A stretch of DNA of 64,000 bases from Candidatus Pacebacteria bacterium CG2_30_36_39 (GCA_001873435.1 MNZB01000003.1:206031-270030); one strand, 5' to 3'; positions 54,847 through 64,000 are shown, numbered from the stretch's first letter. The notes: generated by a model from the letters alone, not told the origin. A program made the numbers and translations.

Positions 54847-55299
54847 ATGATTGCTAAATTACAAAATTGGGATTCTTCATTTTGGCAAGAGTGGTTGTCT
54901 AAAGCTCCTGTGCTTTGCGTTGATGCTGTTATTTTTAATCAAAAAAATGAAGTTCTTTTAGTTAAGCGCAACACTCAACCATCTGAAGGTCTTTGGCATT
55001 TGCCAGGCGGTGTAGTGAGAAAAAATGAGTTATTGGAAAATACTGTGAAGAGAGTTGTTGCTACTGAGGTTGGTAGTATTGATTTTGAGATAATTGAAAT
55101 GTTAGGAGTTTTTGATGATCCAAAAAGAGATCCTAGGGGTCATTTTGTAACTTGCGCTTTTAGATTAAAAACTAGTTCAGAGGTAGGTCCTTTCAATTCT
55201 CAGGGTGAAGCAATTAAATATTTTAATAATTTGCCAGCTATTCTTGGCTTTGATGCAAAAAAAATCATCGCTAAAGCAAAAGCTAAAGCGATGATTTAA
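54847..55299 (+). CDS. NUDIX hydrolase
   Basis: 150 aa. Nudix box region GGVVRKNELLENTVKRVVATEVG. Confidence 0.7.
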   Translation: MIAKLQNWDSSFWQEWLSKAPVLCVDAVIFNQKNEVLLVKRNTQPSEGLWHLPGGVVRKNELLENTVKRVVATEVGSIDFEIIEMLGVFDDPKRDPRGHFVTCAFRLKTSSEVGPFNSQGEAIKYFNNLPAILGFDAKKIIAKAKAKAMI

Positions 55300-55313
55300 T
55301 TATTTTTTCTACT

Positions 55314-57266
55314 TTAAACTTCAGGTTCTGTCTTTGGCAGTTCATCAGTTGAGTCTACAGTTGGAGCAGTTGGTGTTGCTACTTTGCCAATTTCAGCCAA
55401 GGTAGTATCAATGGCTTCCTGGGCATTAGTAGCAACCTCTACAACCTTTTCTGTTGGGTCGGTTGTCTCTACTGTAGGAACATTTTCTTGAGTTGCTGTT
55501 GGTTCGGCATTTTCAATGGGTGTAGTAGGAATTACTGGGGAGGGTGGAATGTTCATTGGAGGCTGACTATCAGCGACGAAAGGATTTGGGGCAACCATAG
55601 TTGGTGCAGTAGTCACTGCTGCTGCTCCCATGGAGAGAGGCTCATTAACTGTTTCTACTGGAGTAACTTGAGTTTCTGTTATTGCTACTGGAGTTGGAAT
55701 AGTTGGAGGTGTTGCTGCTGCTGGAGTTGGAACAACTGGAGGCATAGTAGGTTCTACCACTGGAGTAGGAGCAACTGGAGCTGCTACTTCTTGAGTTGCT
55801 ACCGCATCAGCAGGAGCAAATGGGTTTGGAGCTTGGGTAGCAACTGGTGTAGCTACTGTTTGTGTTGGTGCAGTGACATCAGTCACTGGATTTGTTGGTT
55901 GAGAATTCATATCTGAACTTTCTCCTTGATTATTTGTTACTTGGACAGGAGTTGGATTCGTGTTTATTTGGTCTTGGGCAATAGTTTGATTGATAACTTC
56001 ACCTTCAATATTTTGTTGTTCAATTGCAATATAAATATCGGCTAGACGGTTGTATTTTTCTACGGCTTCTCCACGATTTGTTGGTCCAAATTTTACAAAA
56101 TCTGCCCCAACACCAACAGCAAAATCAGCTAAAAAATTATCATTAGTTTCTCCACCCCTTTGTGAAACTACAATATTCCAACCAGCATTTTTAGCAGTTT
56201 TAACTGCTTGAATTGCCTCTGTGATAGTGCCGGTTTGACTAGGCTTAATAATAACTGTGTTAGCATATTTTTGATTAACAGCTTCTTGAATTTTTGCTTG
56301 GTCAGTAACAGTGAAAGCATCTGTGGCTATTCTAGTTGTGTTGCCAAGATCAGAAGTAAAGTTTTTCCATGTTTCAAGATCTTGAGTAGTAAAAGGATCT
56401 TCAAAATATGTAATGTTGTATTGTTCTTTGAGATTTTTGTAATAATCTAGAATGTCTTTACTACTATAAACAGCTGTCTTATCTCGAAGGATATATTTTC
56501 CTCTATCGACTAAATTTTCTGCACCAGAATCAAGGCCAAAGAAAAAATCTCTCGATAAAATGTATTCAGTCTTATGTGCTGCTTCAATAATAAAATCAAA
56601 AACATCAGTATTTTTTTGTAAAGCAGGAGTAAATCCTCCTAAAATTCCAGTTGAATAACCAGCTTTTCTTCCTTTTAAAATATTTAGCAAACTTTCTCTA
56701 ATAGCACTCTCAATCTCCAGTGCCACCCTATAATCAACATGGCTAGCGGGTAGAATTAAAAATTCCTGTAAATCTAAATTTCCAGACCCATATTTACCAC
56801 CATTTACTAAGCCAAAAATACAATTTGGTATTTCTAGTTCATTGGTTAAATGGTATTGCTCAAACAAATATTGATAAACAGCTGTGCCATTAATAGCAGC
56901 ACCAGCCTTGCAAATAGCTTGAGAAATTACAGCTAATGAATTTGCTCCGAATTGTTTTTTTTGTTCTAAAGGATTTTGTCCTAAAAGAATTTTATCTAAA
57001 GCTTCTTGTTGGGTAGGATCTTGTCCAATTAGTAGTGGAGCTAAATTTTTATTTATTAAAGAAATAGCTTTTTGAACTCCCCTACCACTACGATGATCCG
57101 GATCATTGTCAACTAAAACTGGAGCCTCATTGGCTAGATGCTGAGAGCTATTGGGAATGCTGCTTTCAACATAGAAACCATCGTCAGTCCACAAAGAAAC
57201 CTGTATGGTTGGAATACCTTGGGAATCTAATATTTCTTTAGCAACAATGGCACGAATGGCAGACAT
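55314..57266 (-). CDS. eno: Enolase-family protein with divergent active-site residues and a ~220-aa Pro/Thr/Ala/Val-rich C-terminal extension
   Basis: 650 aa. The N-terminal ~430 aa align to enolase (ILDSQG..., FGANS, IIKPSQTGTITE, VVSQRGGETND, FVKFG). At conserved catalytic positions it has GGKYGSGN instead of GGxHADN, TGILGG instead of GDEGG, and SQRGGET instead of SHRSGET. The equivalents of K345, K396, D246 and E290 appear retained. The tail is low-complexity (PTPV/APT repeats). Confidence 0.8.
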   Translation of the reverse strand: MSAIRAIVAKEILDSQGIPTIQVSLWTDDGFYVESSIPNSSQHLANEAPVLVDNDPDHRSGRGVQKAISLINKNLAPLLIGQDPTQQEALDKILLGQNPLEQKKQFGANSLAVISQAICKAGAAINGTAVYQYLFEQYHLTNELEIPNCIFGLVNGGKYGSGNLDLQEFLILPASHVDYRVALEIESAIRESLLNILKGRKAGYSTGILGGFTPALQKNTDVFDFIIEAAHKTEYILSRDFFFGLDSGAENLVDRGKYILRDKTAVYSSKDILDYYKNLKEQYNITYFEDPFTTQDLETWKNFTSDLGNTTRIATDAFTVTDQAKIQEAVNQKYANTVIIKPSQTGTITEAIQAVKTAKNAGWNIVVSQRGGETNDNFLADFAVGVGADFVKFGPTNRGEAVEKYNRLADIYIAIEQQNIEGEVINQTIAQDQINTNPTPVQVTNNQGESSDMNSQPTNPVTDVTAPTQTVATPVATQAPNPFAPADAVATQEVAAPVAPTPVVEPTMPPVVPTPAAATPPTIPTPVAITETQVTPVETVNEPLSMGAAAVTTAPTMVAPNPFVADSQPPMNIPPSPVIPTTPIENAEPTATQENVPTVETTDPTEKVVEVATNAQEAIDTTLAEIGKVATPTAPTVDSTDELPKTEPEV

Positions 57267-57312
57267 AATTCCACTATACCGAATTTTACTAGACTAGACC
57301 AGCAGCTATTCT

Positions 57313-58398
57313 TTATTTTTTGAGTTCTTCTTTGAACATATCAACATAAGGAATGGGACTTGGGTCTATTCCTTCTAAAATACTGAGATAGAAACCAGAG
57401 TAACTCATTAGGGTAATTAGTTCAAAAACTTGAGTTAGTTTTGTTTCAGCAGTCAAATGAATTGCCATGCTTTCAATTTCATTATGCTCAACAATGGTTT
57501 GGGTGATTTTCATTCTCTTCTGATTTCTTTCATCATATAGATTAGAGTTGAAGAATAAAAAGAAATGATTTAAAGCATTGCTTTTTGGAAACTTCAGACC
57601 TTCAAGTAAATGATGATTCATCTCTGGTATTGCCTTGAAATCAGCAAAAATCTTGGCATTTTCATTCCACTGATTGGCAGCAACATGAGCAGCTCCTTTT
57701 AAGAATTGGCTAGCTACAAACACAGGTCTTCGTTCAACACTAGAAAATGCTAAAAGCTTGGCTTGATTTTCTTCTTGTGGTACTTCTACTCTAAGTTTTT
57801 CAGAAGTACTAATAATAGTTGTAATTACCTCATCGATTTCTTCTTGAAGAATATTTGTTACTCCAGCGGCATTCATTAGGCCAAATAGACCAACTAAAGC
57901 ATAACCCAAAGCCATTCTCGGTTGGTTGGAAGGATTGTGAACGGGATTGATTACATAGGCTGGATAATTTTCTTTTTTAGCTAGCTCAACCAAATCTCCT
58001 CCAGCTGCAATTATTGCTACCTGAGTTTTTCTTTCTTTAACTTGTTCAATACAGTTAAGTACTTCTTCAGTTGTTCCAGAATAGCTAGATAGGATGACTA
58101 AAGTTTTTTCATTAACATAGGCTGGTAAAAAATAGTCGTTATAGATCTCAAAAGGAACCATTAACTGATCGGCAAAAAGATGTTTAAAAACATCTGCTCC
58201 TAATCCTGAGCCACCCATACCAACGACCACTACTTGCTCAATTTTTTCTTTTTTAGCAAATATAATTTTTTGAGTATCATCCCAAGCATGTTTGACTTGG
58301 TCGGCCAAAGCATCAATAGAACCCATCATGTTTGAGAGGTCTAATTTGGCAATTGAATCTCTAGAATTTAAAATAGCTGTTGAATTATTATTTGTCAT
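57313..58398 (-). CDS. SIS-domain bifunctional phosphoglucose/phosphomannose isomerase (archaeal-type PGI/PMI)
   Basis: 361 aa. SIS motifs (VVVGMGGSGLGADV; ILSSYSGTTEE). Length and architecture fit the PGI/PMI family. Confidence 0.5.
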   Translation of the reverse strand: MTNNNSTAILNSRDSIAKLDLSNMMGSIDALADQVKHAWDDTQKIIFAKKEKIEQVVVVGMGGSGLGADVFKHLFADQLMVPFEIYNDYFLPAYVNEKTLVILSSYSGTTEEVLNCIEQVKERKTQVAIIAAGGDLVELAKKENYPAYVINPVHNPSNQPRMALGYALVGLFGLMNAAGVTNILQEEIDEVITTIISTSEKLRVEVPQEENQAKLLAFSSVERRPVFVASQFLKGAAHVAANQWNENAKIFADFKAIPEMNHHLLEGLKFPKSNALNHFFLFFNSNLYDERNQKRMKITQTIVEHNEIESMAIHLTAETKLTQVFELITLMSYSGFYLSILEGIDPSPIPYVDMFKEELKK

Positions 58399-58416
58399 AA
58401 CTTTTTAAGATCTTTC

Positions 58417-58941
58417 TTAGTCTTTTAAATATTTTTTTACTTTTTCAATAATTATTTCTACATTACGAAATGCTAATTTTTGAGGAATTTCTTTTAATGA
58501 GAACCATTGCAAATCTGCTACATCATCTTGAGCAATTGGTTTTTGTTCAGGATCTTTTGCCTCAACTAAATACAAAAAAGGAATAGAAGGTCGTTCATTA
58601 TAGATATCCCAGACAGAACCTAAAAATTCTTTAATCTCAACATCTAAACCAGTTTCCTCTTTCATTTCTCTAATTACCGCTTCCTCGCAAGACTCCCCTG
58701 CTTCAATAAAACCACCAAGAATATCCCATTCTCCGAATTTTGGTTCAATTCCTCTTTTTGCTAACAATATCTTTCCATCTTTAATTAAAGCAATAGAAGT
58801 AGAGGCAGCTGGATTGTCATACCAGGAATTACCACATTTATTGCACTGCACACTATTTTTATCAATATCACCATGTTCCAATTCATTGCCACATTGAGGA
58901 CAGAATTGGTAGAGCTGATGAAATTTAGTGTGCAGTGACAT
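58417..58941 (-). CDS. NUDIX hydrolase with an N-terminal zinc ribbon
   Basis: 174 aa. CPQCGN...CNKCGN zinc ribbon followed by Nudix box GGFIEAGESCEEAVIREMKEETGL. Confidence 0.65.
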   Translation of the reverse strand: MSLHTKFHQLYQFCPQCGNELEHGDIDKNSVQCNKCGNSWYDNPAASTSIALIKDGKILLAKRGIEPKFGEWDILGGFIEAGESCEEAVIREMKEETGLDVEIKEFLGSVWDIYNERPSIPFLYLVEAKDPEQKPIAQDDVADLQWFSLKEIPQKLAFRNVEIIIEKVKKYLKD

Positions 58942-58951
58942 ATCTTTCTTA

Positions 58952-60373
58952 TTAATCTAAAGCGTGAGTATTGACGCCTGATTTCCAATCGATTTCTGGA
59001 TATTTTTTAAGTACTTCTCTTAGAGTTTTTTTCATAGCATCATAGTCTGCTTGAGTTTTACCTTCGAATTTAACAGTAATATATGGACCATTTTGTGAAG
59101 CTCTGACGATAGCCATTTCTTTGTCGGTGTCCATACGAATACCATCAATATCAATATAATCAGCTTTTGGCCATAAAGATTTGAATTCTTGACGAATTTT
59201 AGTGTCAATAAATTGGAATTTAATCTCGTCTGCTAGGCCAAACTTAATTTCTGGACTACTAACATAAATAGTTAATTCTCCGACTGCTTCACTAAGCTTC
59301 ATGTTTTTTCTCTCCAAATATTGAAGTAGACGCAAACTGGCATAAGCACCATCATCGTGACCATAGAAATTATCCATGAAGAAGATGTGGCCAGATAATT
59401 CACCCCCAAATGGAGAGCGAGCTTCTTTAACCTTAGCTTTAATAAATGAGTGACCGGTCATCCACATTACTGGTTTGCCACCAGCCGCCTCAATGGCTTC
59501 AGTTACTTGTCTAGAACAAAGAGTGTTATAGACAATTGGAGCACCGGGAATGAAGTCTAAAACATCTTTAGCAAATAAAGCGACAATAGTGTCCATCCAA
59601 AGCACTTTGCCATTTTCATCTACCACTGCCATACGATCACCATCTGTATCGTAGGCAAAGCCGATATCTGCTCCAGCTTTTTTAACGCCAGCAGAAAGTC
59701 TTTCTAGCACTTCTACTTCAGTGGGATCTGGAACGCCTAATGGGAAGTTGCCATCTAACTCGCAGTTTTGTTCAATAATTTCACAACCTGCTTGACGAAG
59801 AAGCTCTGGATAAAATTTGCCAGAACCAGTGTTGCAACCCTCAACTACAACCTTCCACTTTTTTTGGAGGTTAAAGTATTTGTTGATTTCATCGCGATAA
59901 ATTGGAAACAAATCAAATTCTCTATTTTTACCTTTGCCTTCAGAGTATTTGCCTTTTTCAACCAATTCTTTCATGTACAGAATTTCTTCTGCAATCATAG
60001 TGTCTGAATAGCCCACTCCCAATTTTAAGCCATTAAAGTCTTTGGGGTTGTGAGAGGCAGTAATCATGGCGCCACCCTTAGTTTTAAATTCATAACTAGA
60101 AAAATAGACTATTTGACTTAAGCTTAAGCCAATATAGATAGTGTCTATTCCTCCATCGTTAAGGCCTTGGATGAAAGCTTTACTAAACTCCACACTGGTT
60201 AAACGGTTATCATGTCCAACAGCAGATTCTTTAATTCTGCGTTCGGCTAAAAAAGTGGCATAAGCACGACCCATGGTGTAGTAGACATCGGCATTAAGTT
60301 GTTTACCAACTACGCCGCGAATGTCGTAGCCACGAAAAATGGTGGGATCGATTTTTTTCACTATTGAATACAT
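58952..60373 (-). CDS. Phosphoglucomutase/phosphomannomutase (alpha-D-phosphohexomutase superfamily)
   Basis: 473 aa. Active-site Ser loop TASHNP. Metal-binding DTDGDR (FAYDTDGDRM). Sugar-binding GELSGH. Confidence 0.8.
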   Translation of the reverse strand: MYSIVKKIDPTIFRGYDIRGVVGKQLNADVYYTMGRAYATFLAERRIKESAVGHDNRLTSVEFSKAFIQGLNDGGIDTIYIGLSLSQIVYFSSYEFKTKGGAMITASHNPKDFNGLKLGVGYSDTMIAEEILYMKELVEKGKYSEGKGKNREFDLFPIYRDEINKYFNLQKKWKVVVEGCNTGSGKFYPELLRQAGCEIIEQNCELDGNFPLGVPDPTEVEVLERLSAGVKKAGADIGFAYDTDGDRMAVVDENGKVLWMDTIVALFAKDVLDFIPGAPIVYNTLCSRQVTEAIEAAGGKPVMWMTGHSFIKAKVKEARSPFGGELSGHIFFMDNFYGHDDGAYASLRLLQYLERKNMKLSEAVGELTIYVSSPEIKFGLADEIKFQFIDTKIRQEFKSLWPKADYIDIDGIRMDTDKEMAIVRASQNGPYITVKFEGKTQADYDAMKKTLREVLKKYPEIDWKSGVNTHALD

Positions 60374-60385
60374 AAATTCCTTTCT

Positions 60386-61084
60386 CTATTGATGTTTATC
60401 ACTGTATAAATTTACTACTAAGAGATCAAGTCTCTGTTGCAATGAAGAAAAGCCTTTTGAAGACTTTAAATCCATGTCTATTTTGAATAAATCCTCATGG
60501 ATTTGTAATAGGGTTGGCAAAGAAAAATAGTTAGCTTGTTTTTTTATTTTCTGGATCATAAAGGGAGCTCCTGGGGGAATTATTCCTTCCTTAATTTGAA
60601 TTAATAAGCGAACTTGTCTCATGAGCATGACAAAGCACATGTGGTCAGTATTTGCCTCAATTGCTTTGTGGAGTGATTCTAGGTTTTTTTGAATTTGGGT
60701 TTCTGAATGAAATAGATCTAGCCAGCTAAATAAGGCGCTAGATAATTTAAACATTTCTATATTTGCATTGGGAAACTTTGCCAACATTGGTTTGGTTAAA
60801 TCTCTTTTTTCCCACAAAATCACATCTTTGTTGGCAGCAGCAACTAAGTTTATTAATTGGTCTTTTCTTTTTGATTTTAATAATGAGTGCAATTCCTCAA
60901 TTACTACTGTTTCTGTGGCACCAAATAAATCAGTTTGAATTAAGGCAGCTTCTAGTTCTGGAAGATTGAGTTTGTTTGCCTCCAAACGAACTATTTTTAT
61001 TCCTTTTGCTTGTAAGTCAGTTAGCAAAGAAACTAGTTTTTCTCGAGATTTGATAGTGTTTTCTCCATGGAGAATTTTTATCAT
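60386..61084 (-). CDS. holA: DNA polymerase III delta subunit-like protein
   Basis: 232 aa. The N-terminal pattern (MIKILHGENTIKSREKLVSLL) is typical of HolA N-termini and the rest is all-helical. A weak call. Confidence 0.35.
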   Translation of the reverse strand: MIKILHGENTIKSREKLVSLLTDLQAKGIKIVRLEANKLNLPELEAALIQTDLFGATETVVIEELHSLLKSKRKDQLINLVAAANKDVILWEKRDLTKPMLAKFPNANIEMFKLSSALFSWLDLFHSETQIQKNLESLHKAIEANTDHMCFVMLMRQVRLLIQIKEGIIPPGAPFMIQKIKKQANYFSLPTLLQIHEDLFKIDMDLKSSKGFSSLQQRLDLLVVNLYSDKHQ

Positions 61085-61135
61085 ACAAAGATCATATCAT
61101 TTCTATAGACGCTGTGAAGTACTTCATAATTTTTA

Positions 61136-61822
61136 TTATTCCAGTTGTCCACCTTGTCTTTTTAGCCAACCTCTATTAAGCCGATACTCTGGGTCATATT
61201 TTTCCACTAATTCCCAAAATTTATTGGAATGATTCATATGAGTAAGGTGAGCTAGCTCATGGATAATTACATAATCAATTATTTTTGGTTCAAAATGAAC
61301 TAGCCTCCAATTGAAGTTGAGGTTTTTTTGTGAGCTGCAACTTCCCCAGCGAGTTTTTTGGGCTCTGAAATGGATATCGTTGTATTTGGTATTCATAACT
61401 TTTGCCAATTCAGCTGTGCGTTTTAAAAGATAGTGTTGAGCAGTGTTTTTAAGGAATCTAACAAAAAAAGCCGGAGGGTCTATTGGGTTAAATATTGGGA
61501 TTTTGGCGTCGATATTATTCTGATGAAAGGCAATGATTAGTCTATCATTTTGTAAGTTTACTTGAGAGGCTTTTAATGTATTAATTTTATCCAAAAGATA
61601 TTTTTTACCAAAAAGGCTAATAGAGTTTTCTGCAAAAAATTGGTTTTGTTGTGATAATTTTTGTTGCCTAGCTTTATTTATCCAGGCCTGTTGTTGTTCA
61701 ACGAAGCGTTTAATAAAAAACTTTGGAACGAGTGGTGGCACTGTGACTAGTGGAATACCATCTTTGCCAATCCGCAGAGTAATGCGTCTCGACTTAGGAT
61801 TAACTTTAATCGTGTATTCCAT
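61136..61822 (-). CDS. YgjP-like (DUF45/WLM) zinc metallohydrolase
   Basis: 228 aa with the family motif VIIHELAHLTHMNHSNKFW (HExxH + NHS). Confidence 0.65.
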   Translation of the reverse strand: MEYTIKVNPKSRRITLRIGKDGIPLVTVPPLVPKFFIKRFVEQQQAWINKARQQKLSQQNQFFAENSISLFGKKYLLDKINTLKASQVNLQNDRLIIAFHQNNIDAKIPIFNPIDPPAFFVRFLKNTAQHYLLKRTAELAKVMNTKYNDIHFRAQKTRWGSCSSQKNLNFNWRLVHFEPKIIDYVIIHELAHLTHMNHSNKFWELVEKYDPEYRLNRGWLKRQGGQLE

Positions 61823-61854
61823 ATGTTTAAACTAATTAAATAGGACTTCTAGTA

Positions 61855-62418
61855 TTACTTGGGTTGGAGAAAACGCAAGAGTAAGTCACCGAGGATTTTG
61901 CTGGAGTTTTGGCTGTTTAAGAATTGGATTATTTCTGAGTTAGTAAAAAAGATGATCATACCAATAACTGTATTTAGTCTTTTAGCAAATTCTGATTTTA
62001 TACCAGAGAGTTTGACAGCAAAAACCATACTGATTAAGGCTGAGAACGCCATGATGATTATTCTACTAGTAAGGGCATTAACGTCTTCTTGACCAATTAA
62101 ACCGTTTTTGAGAGCTAGGCTCTGAGTAGGAATTTCCACCAAAACAAATACTCCTGATTTATAGATTGCTTGTAAGCCTTGAAAAGTTAATCCCCAAACT
62201 ACTAATTTATGTACCCAATGTCCATATTTGGTTATTAAGCGGTCGGCTAGTGGGGTTTCTAGCTTTTCTATAATATTTAGTTCTGGCGCTGGTTCTGGAG
62301 AAGTAGGGATTGTGTTTGTTGTCTGAATTTGGTTTCCCTGCAAAGGAAGATTATTAGTTTGAATGGTTTGTAATGGAGTTTCTTGAGGGTTTTTATTGAT
62401 GGTAGGCACCGAATTCAT
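61855..62418 (-). CDS. Hypothetical membrane protein
   Basis: 187 aa. N-terminal Thr/Asn/Gln-rich region, then several hydrophobic helices. Confidence 0.3.
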   Translation of the reverse strand: MNSVPTINKNPQETPLQTIQTNNLPLQGNQIQTTNTIPTSPEPAPELNIIEKLETPLADRLITKYGHWVHKLVVWGLTFQGLQAIYKSGVFVLVEIPTQSLALKNGLIGQEDVNALTSRIIIMAFSALISMVFAVKLSGIKSEFAKRLNTVIGMIIFFTNSEIIQFLNSQNSSKILGDLLLRFLQPK

Positions 62419-62492
62419 ATTTTTAATATTACTCTACTCTCGTCTTGAAAAGCAACCCAATTTTAGCAAAAAAAGGTATAATGTGACCTTAT

Positions 62493-62574
62493 GCCCAGGT
62501 GGCGGAATTGGTATACGCGTACGGCTTAGAACCGTATGGAGCAATCCTTGGAGGTTCAAGTCCTCTCCTGGGCA
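62493..62574 (+). tRNA. tRNA-Leu (anticodon UAG), long variable arm
   Basis: GCCCAGG...CCTGGGC acceptor, anticodon stem-loop ACGG-CTTAGAA-CCGT, extended variable arm and T-loop GGTTCAAGTCC. A TATAAT -10 lies at ~62477-62482. Confidence 0.8.
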
Positions 62575-62589
62575 CACTTAAATTGAATC

Positions 62590-62838
62590 TTATAAACGAT
62601 TACTAACTGAATTCACAAGCTCAATAAGTTCTTTATCTCTGCCAGAGTGACTTTTGGTATAGGACACATATTGGTCCCAAACAGCTGAGTGTTTACGTGC
62701 TTCAATAACAATTTCATTAAACAATTGAGGTAGATTTCTAGAAGAAAGAAATTTTGCTCTGCGATAGTGTCCGATTTTGGCATTTACCAAGTTAATGCAG
62801 AGTTCTAAAGGTGACAATGGTGATAATTCTTCTTGCAT
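62590..62838 (-). CDS. Hypothetical small protein
   Basis: 82-aa ORF. No motif. Confidence 0.25.
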   Translation of the reverse strand: MQEELSPLSPLELCINLVNAKIGHYRRAKFLSSRNLPQLFNEIVIEARKHSAVWDQYVSYTKSHSGRDKELIELVNSVSNRL

Positions 62839-62945
62839 AATATGTAGTTATAATCAATAATTATGGGATAATTATACTACATGAACCAAAAATGGTTCTT
62901 CGCACATAACTTGAATTTTTTTCTTTTGGCAATATACTACTTGGC

Positions 62946-64000
62946 GTGCACGAAAGATTTTCTACTTTTGAACTAACTCCTGGAAGAATTAGTATTCCAG
63001 TTTCTTCACATGGAATTAATACTCATTCTGAATTAAAAGATGTTGTGGAACGTACTAGGTTGATTAATTCTGAGGAGTGGTTGGAGAATATTTATGAAAA
63101 TGAAGCCTGTGGTTCTTATATTTCTCCAACCGGCACACGCTTTGGTTTTATTAGGCCAGTGGCACCCTATGCTGATTGGGATTTAATGCCAATGGTTTTT
63201 CCAAAAAAGGTTGAAAGCACTTTAAAGACAGAAGAAATTTATGATTATTCAGCAGTTGACCAGCTGATTTATTGGCAGATTTTAACAACTGGTCTTAGTG
63301 AAGCAACTAAAGTAATGGCTCAACAAGAGCCACAGCGTCCTCATCGTGTTTTTGCCACCCAGAACTCTAATCATTTTTTAAGTAATGAAAATCATCGTGG
63401 AGCAAGGTCAATTCATTTGATTCACGCTCGAATTTTAGGTTTTTATTTAGACAATATTGTTGCTGCTGGTGAAACAAATGCCAATGGCCAACCATTGCCT
63501 TTTGGAATACCAGAGCATTTATGGCAGGAATGGGGCTTATTGCGTGGAGCAGAAACTAGAATTGTTGAAGGTATTAAAAAAAGAATGAATCCAGATTTTT
63601 TACGTCACTGTTCTTTTGCAGTGCGAGAAGCTCCCCCATTTGGTCACAGCCTAATTATCGCTGGACCAAAAAATGGAGATTATAGTCAGTTTGATTGGTT
63701 GCAAAGAGTACAGTTGATTGCAGCTGATCATTATCAGGCTTATACAAAGTTTTGTGAGAGTGGTGATTTGGCAAAGACTTTAGGTGCAGATAATATTAAG
63801 TTTCCCCAACCATCTTTTCGTCTTTATGTTTCATTGCAAAACAATACATTAGAGTTAATTCATTCGCCTATTGTTTTGTCTCATGCTGGTCCAATTGAAG
63901 CTGCTGGTATTATTTTGCATCGTAATGAAGAAGTTCTTGAACCAGAGAGATTGGCAGAGAAAACTGCTCATGAAAATTTACTTTATGAAGCAATTATGGC
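62946..64000 (+). CDS. Hypothetical protein, partial (runs off the window end); possibly a HIT-like/GalT-like nucleotidyltransferase
   Basis: Open frame from a stop at 62907-62909 to the window end. There is no in-frame ATG near the 5' end, so the start is probably GTG at ~62946 or another non-ATG codon. The His-rich stretch HRVFATQNSNHFLSNENHRGARSIHLIHARILGF loosely resembles HxHxQ-type nucleotidyl transferases. Confidence 0.35.
   Translation, partial: MHERFSTFELTPGRISIPVSSHGINTHSELKDVVERTRLINSEEWLENIYENEACGSYISPTGTRFGFIRPVAPYADWDLMPMVFPKKVESTLKTEEIYDYSAVDQLIYWQILTTGLSEATKVMAQQEPQRPHRVFATQNSNHFLSNENHRGARSIHLIHARILGFYLDNIVAAGETNANGQPLPFGIPEHLWQEWGLLRGAETRIVEGIKKRMNPDFLRHCSFAVREAPPFGHSLIIAGPKNGDYSQFDWLQRVQLIAADHYQAYTKFCESGDLAKTLGADNIKFPQPSFRLYVSLQNNTLELIHSPIVLSHAGPIEAAGIILHRNEEVLEPERLAEKTAHENLLYEAIM

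Noticed and set aside
55488-55916. Plus-strand 142-aa Cys/Trp-rich ORF
   Set aside because: Antisense to the Pro/Thr-rich tail of the enolase homologue. Compositional artefact.

Overview
The window is an AT-rich (~35% GC), gene-dense bacterial chromosome segment. The gene content points to a reduced-genome fermentative bacterium, possibly of the CPR/Patescibacteria type. This is an inference from pyruvate kinase, a two-subunit 2-oxoacid:ferredoxin oxidoreductase with an adjacent flavodoxin, archaeal-type SIS PGI/PMI, an Elp3 homologue, MurC/E/F, UppP and many small membrane proteins.

Confident housekeeping calls:
- Glycolysis and nucleotide metabolism: pyk, pyrG, and a divergent enolase-like gene.
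- Translation and tRNA modification: rplS, miaA, miaB.
- Cell wall: murC, murE, murF, uppP.
- DNA-related: lexA, RecQ, a DEAD-box helicase.
- RNA genes not in the ORF track: six tRNAs (Gln, Pro, Leu-UAA, Cys, Glu, Leu-UAG) and an RNase P RNA at 30112-30430. The RNase P RNA explains a spurious N-terminal extension on ORF 29380..30294.

Three regions stand out.
1. 1837-3590 is a sharply GC-anomalous (~55-60% GC) 1.75-kb module. It holds two tandem minus-strand units. Each has a near-consensus sigma70 promoter (TTGAYA-17-TATAMT), a strong SD, a ~180-aa Ala/Glu/Arg/Lys-rich coiled-coil ORF and an identical 41-bp hairpin terminator repeat. The second unit has a ~245-nt leader carrying palindromes.
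2. 38100-50320 looks like an integrated accessory island. It contains a large serine recombinase whose 3' end overlaps the 3' end of tRNA-Glu, an OLD-family ATPase-TOPRIM nuclease (candidate anti-phage gene), three small TM proteins, and an operon encoding an alpha/beta-hydrolase fused to an ANT(2'')/Lnu-type nucleotidyltransferase together with cupin, PNPOx-like and 2-hydroxyacid dehydrogenase genes.
3. A CDGSH Fe-S domain fused to a metallothionein-like Cys/Asp/Glu-rich tail sits between miaA and miaB.

The enolase homologue has substitutions at several catalytic positions and a ~220-aa Pro/Thr-rich tail. Several GC-rich, structured intergenic leaders are flagged as candidate ncRNA or regulatory elements.

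Non-CDS coordinates were hand-counted and may be off by 1-2 nt.
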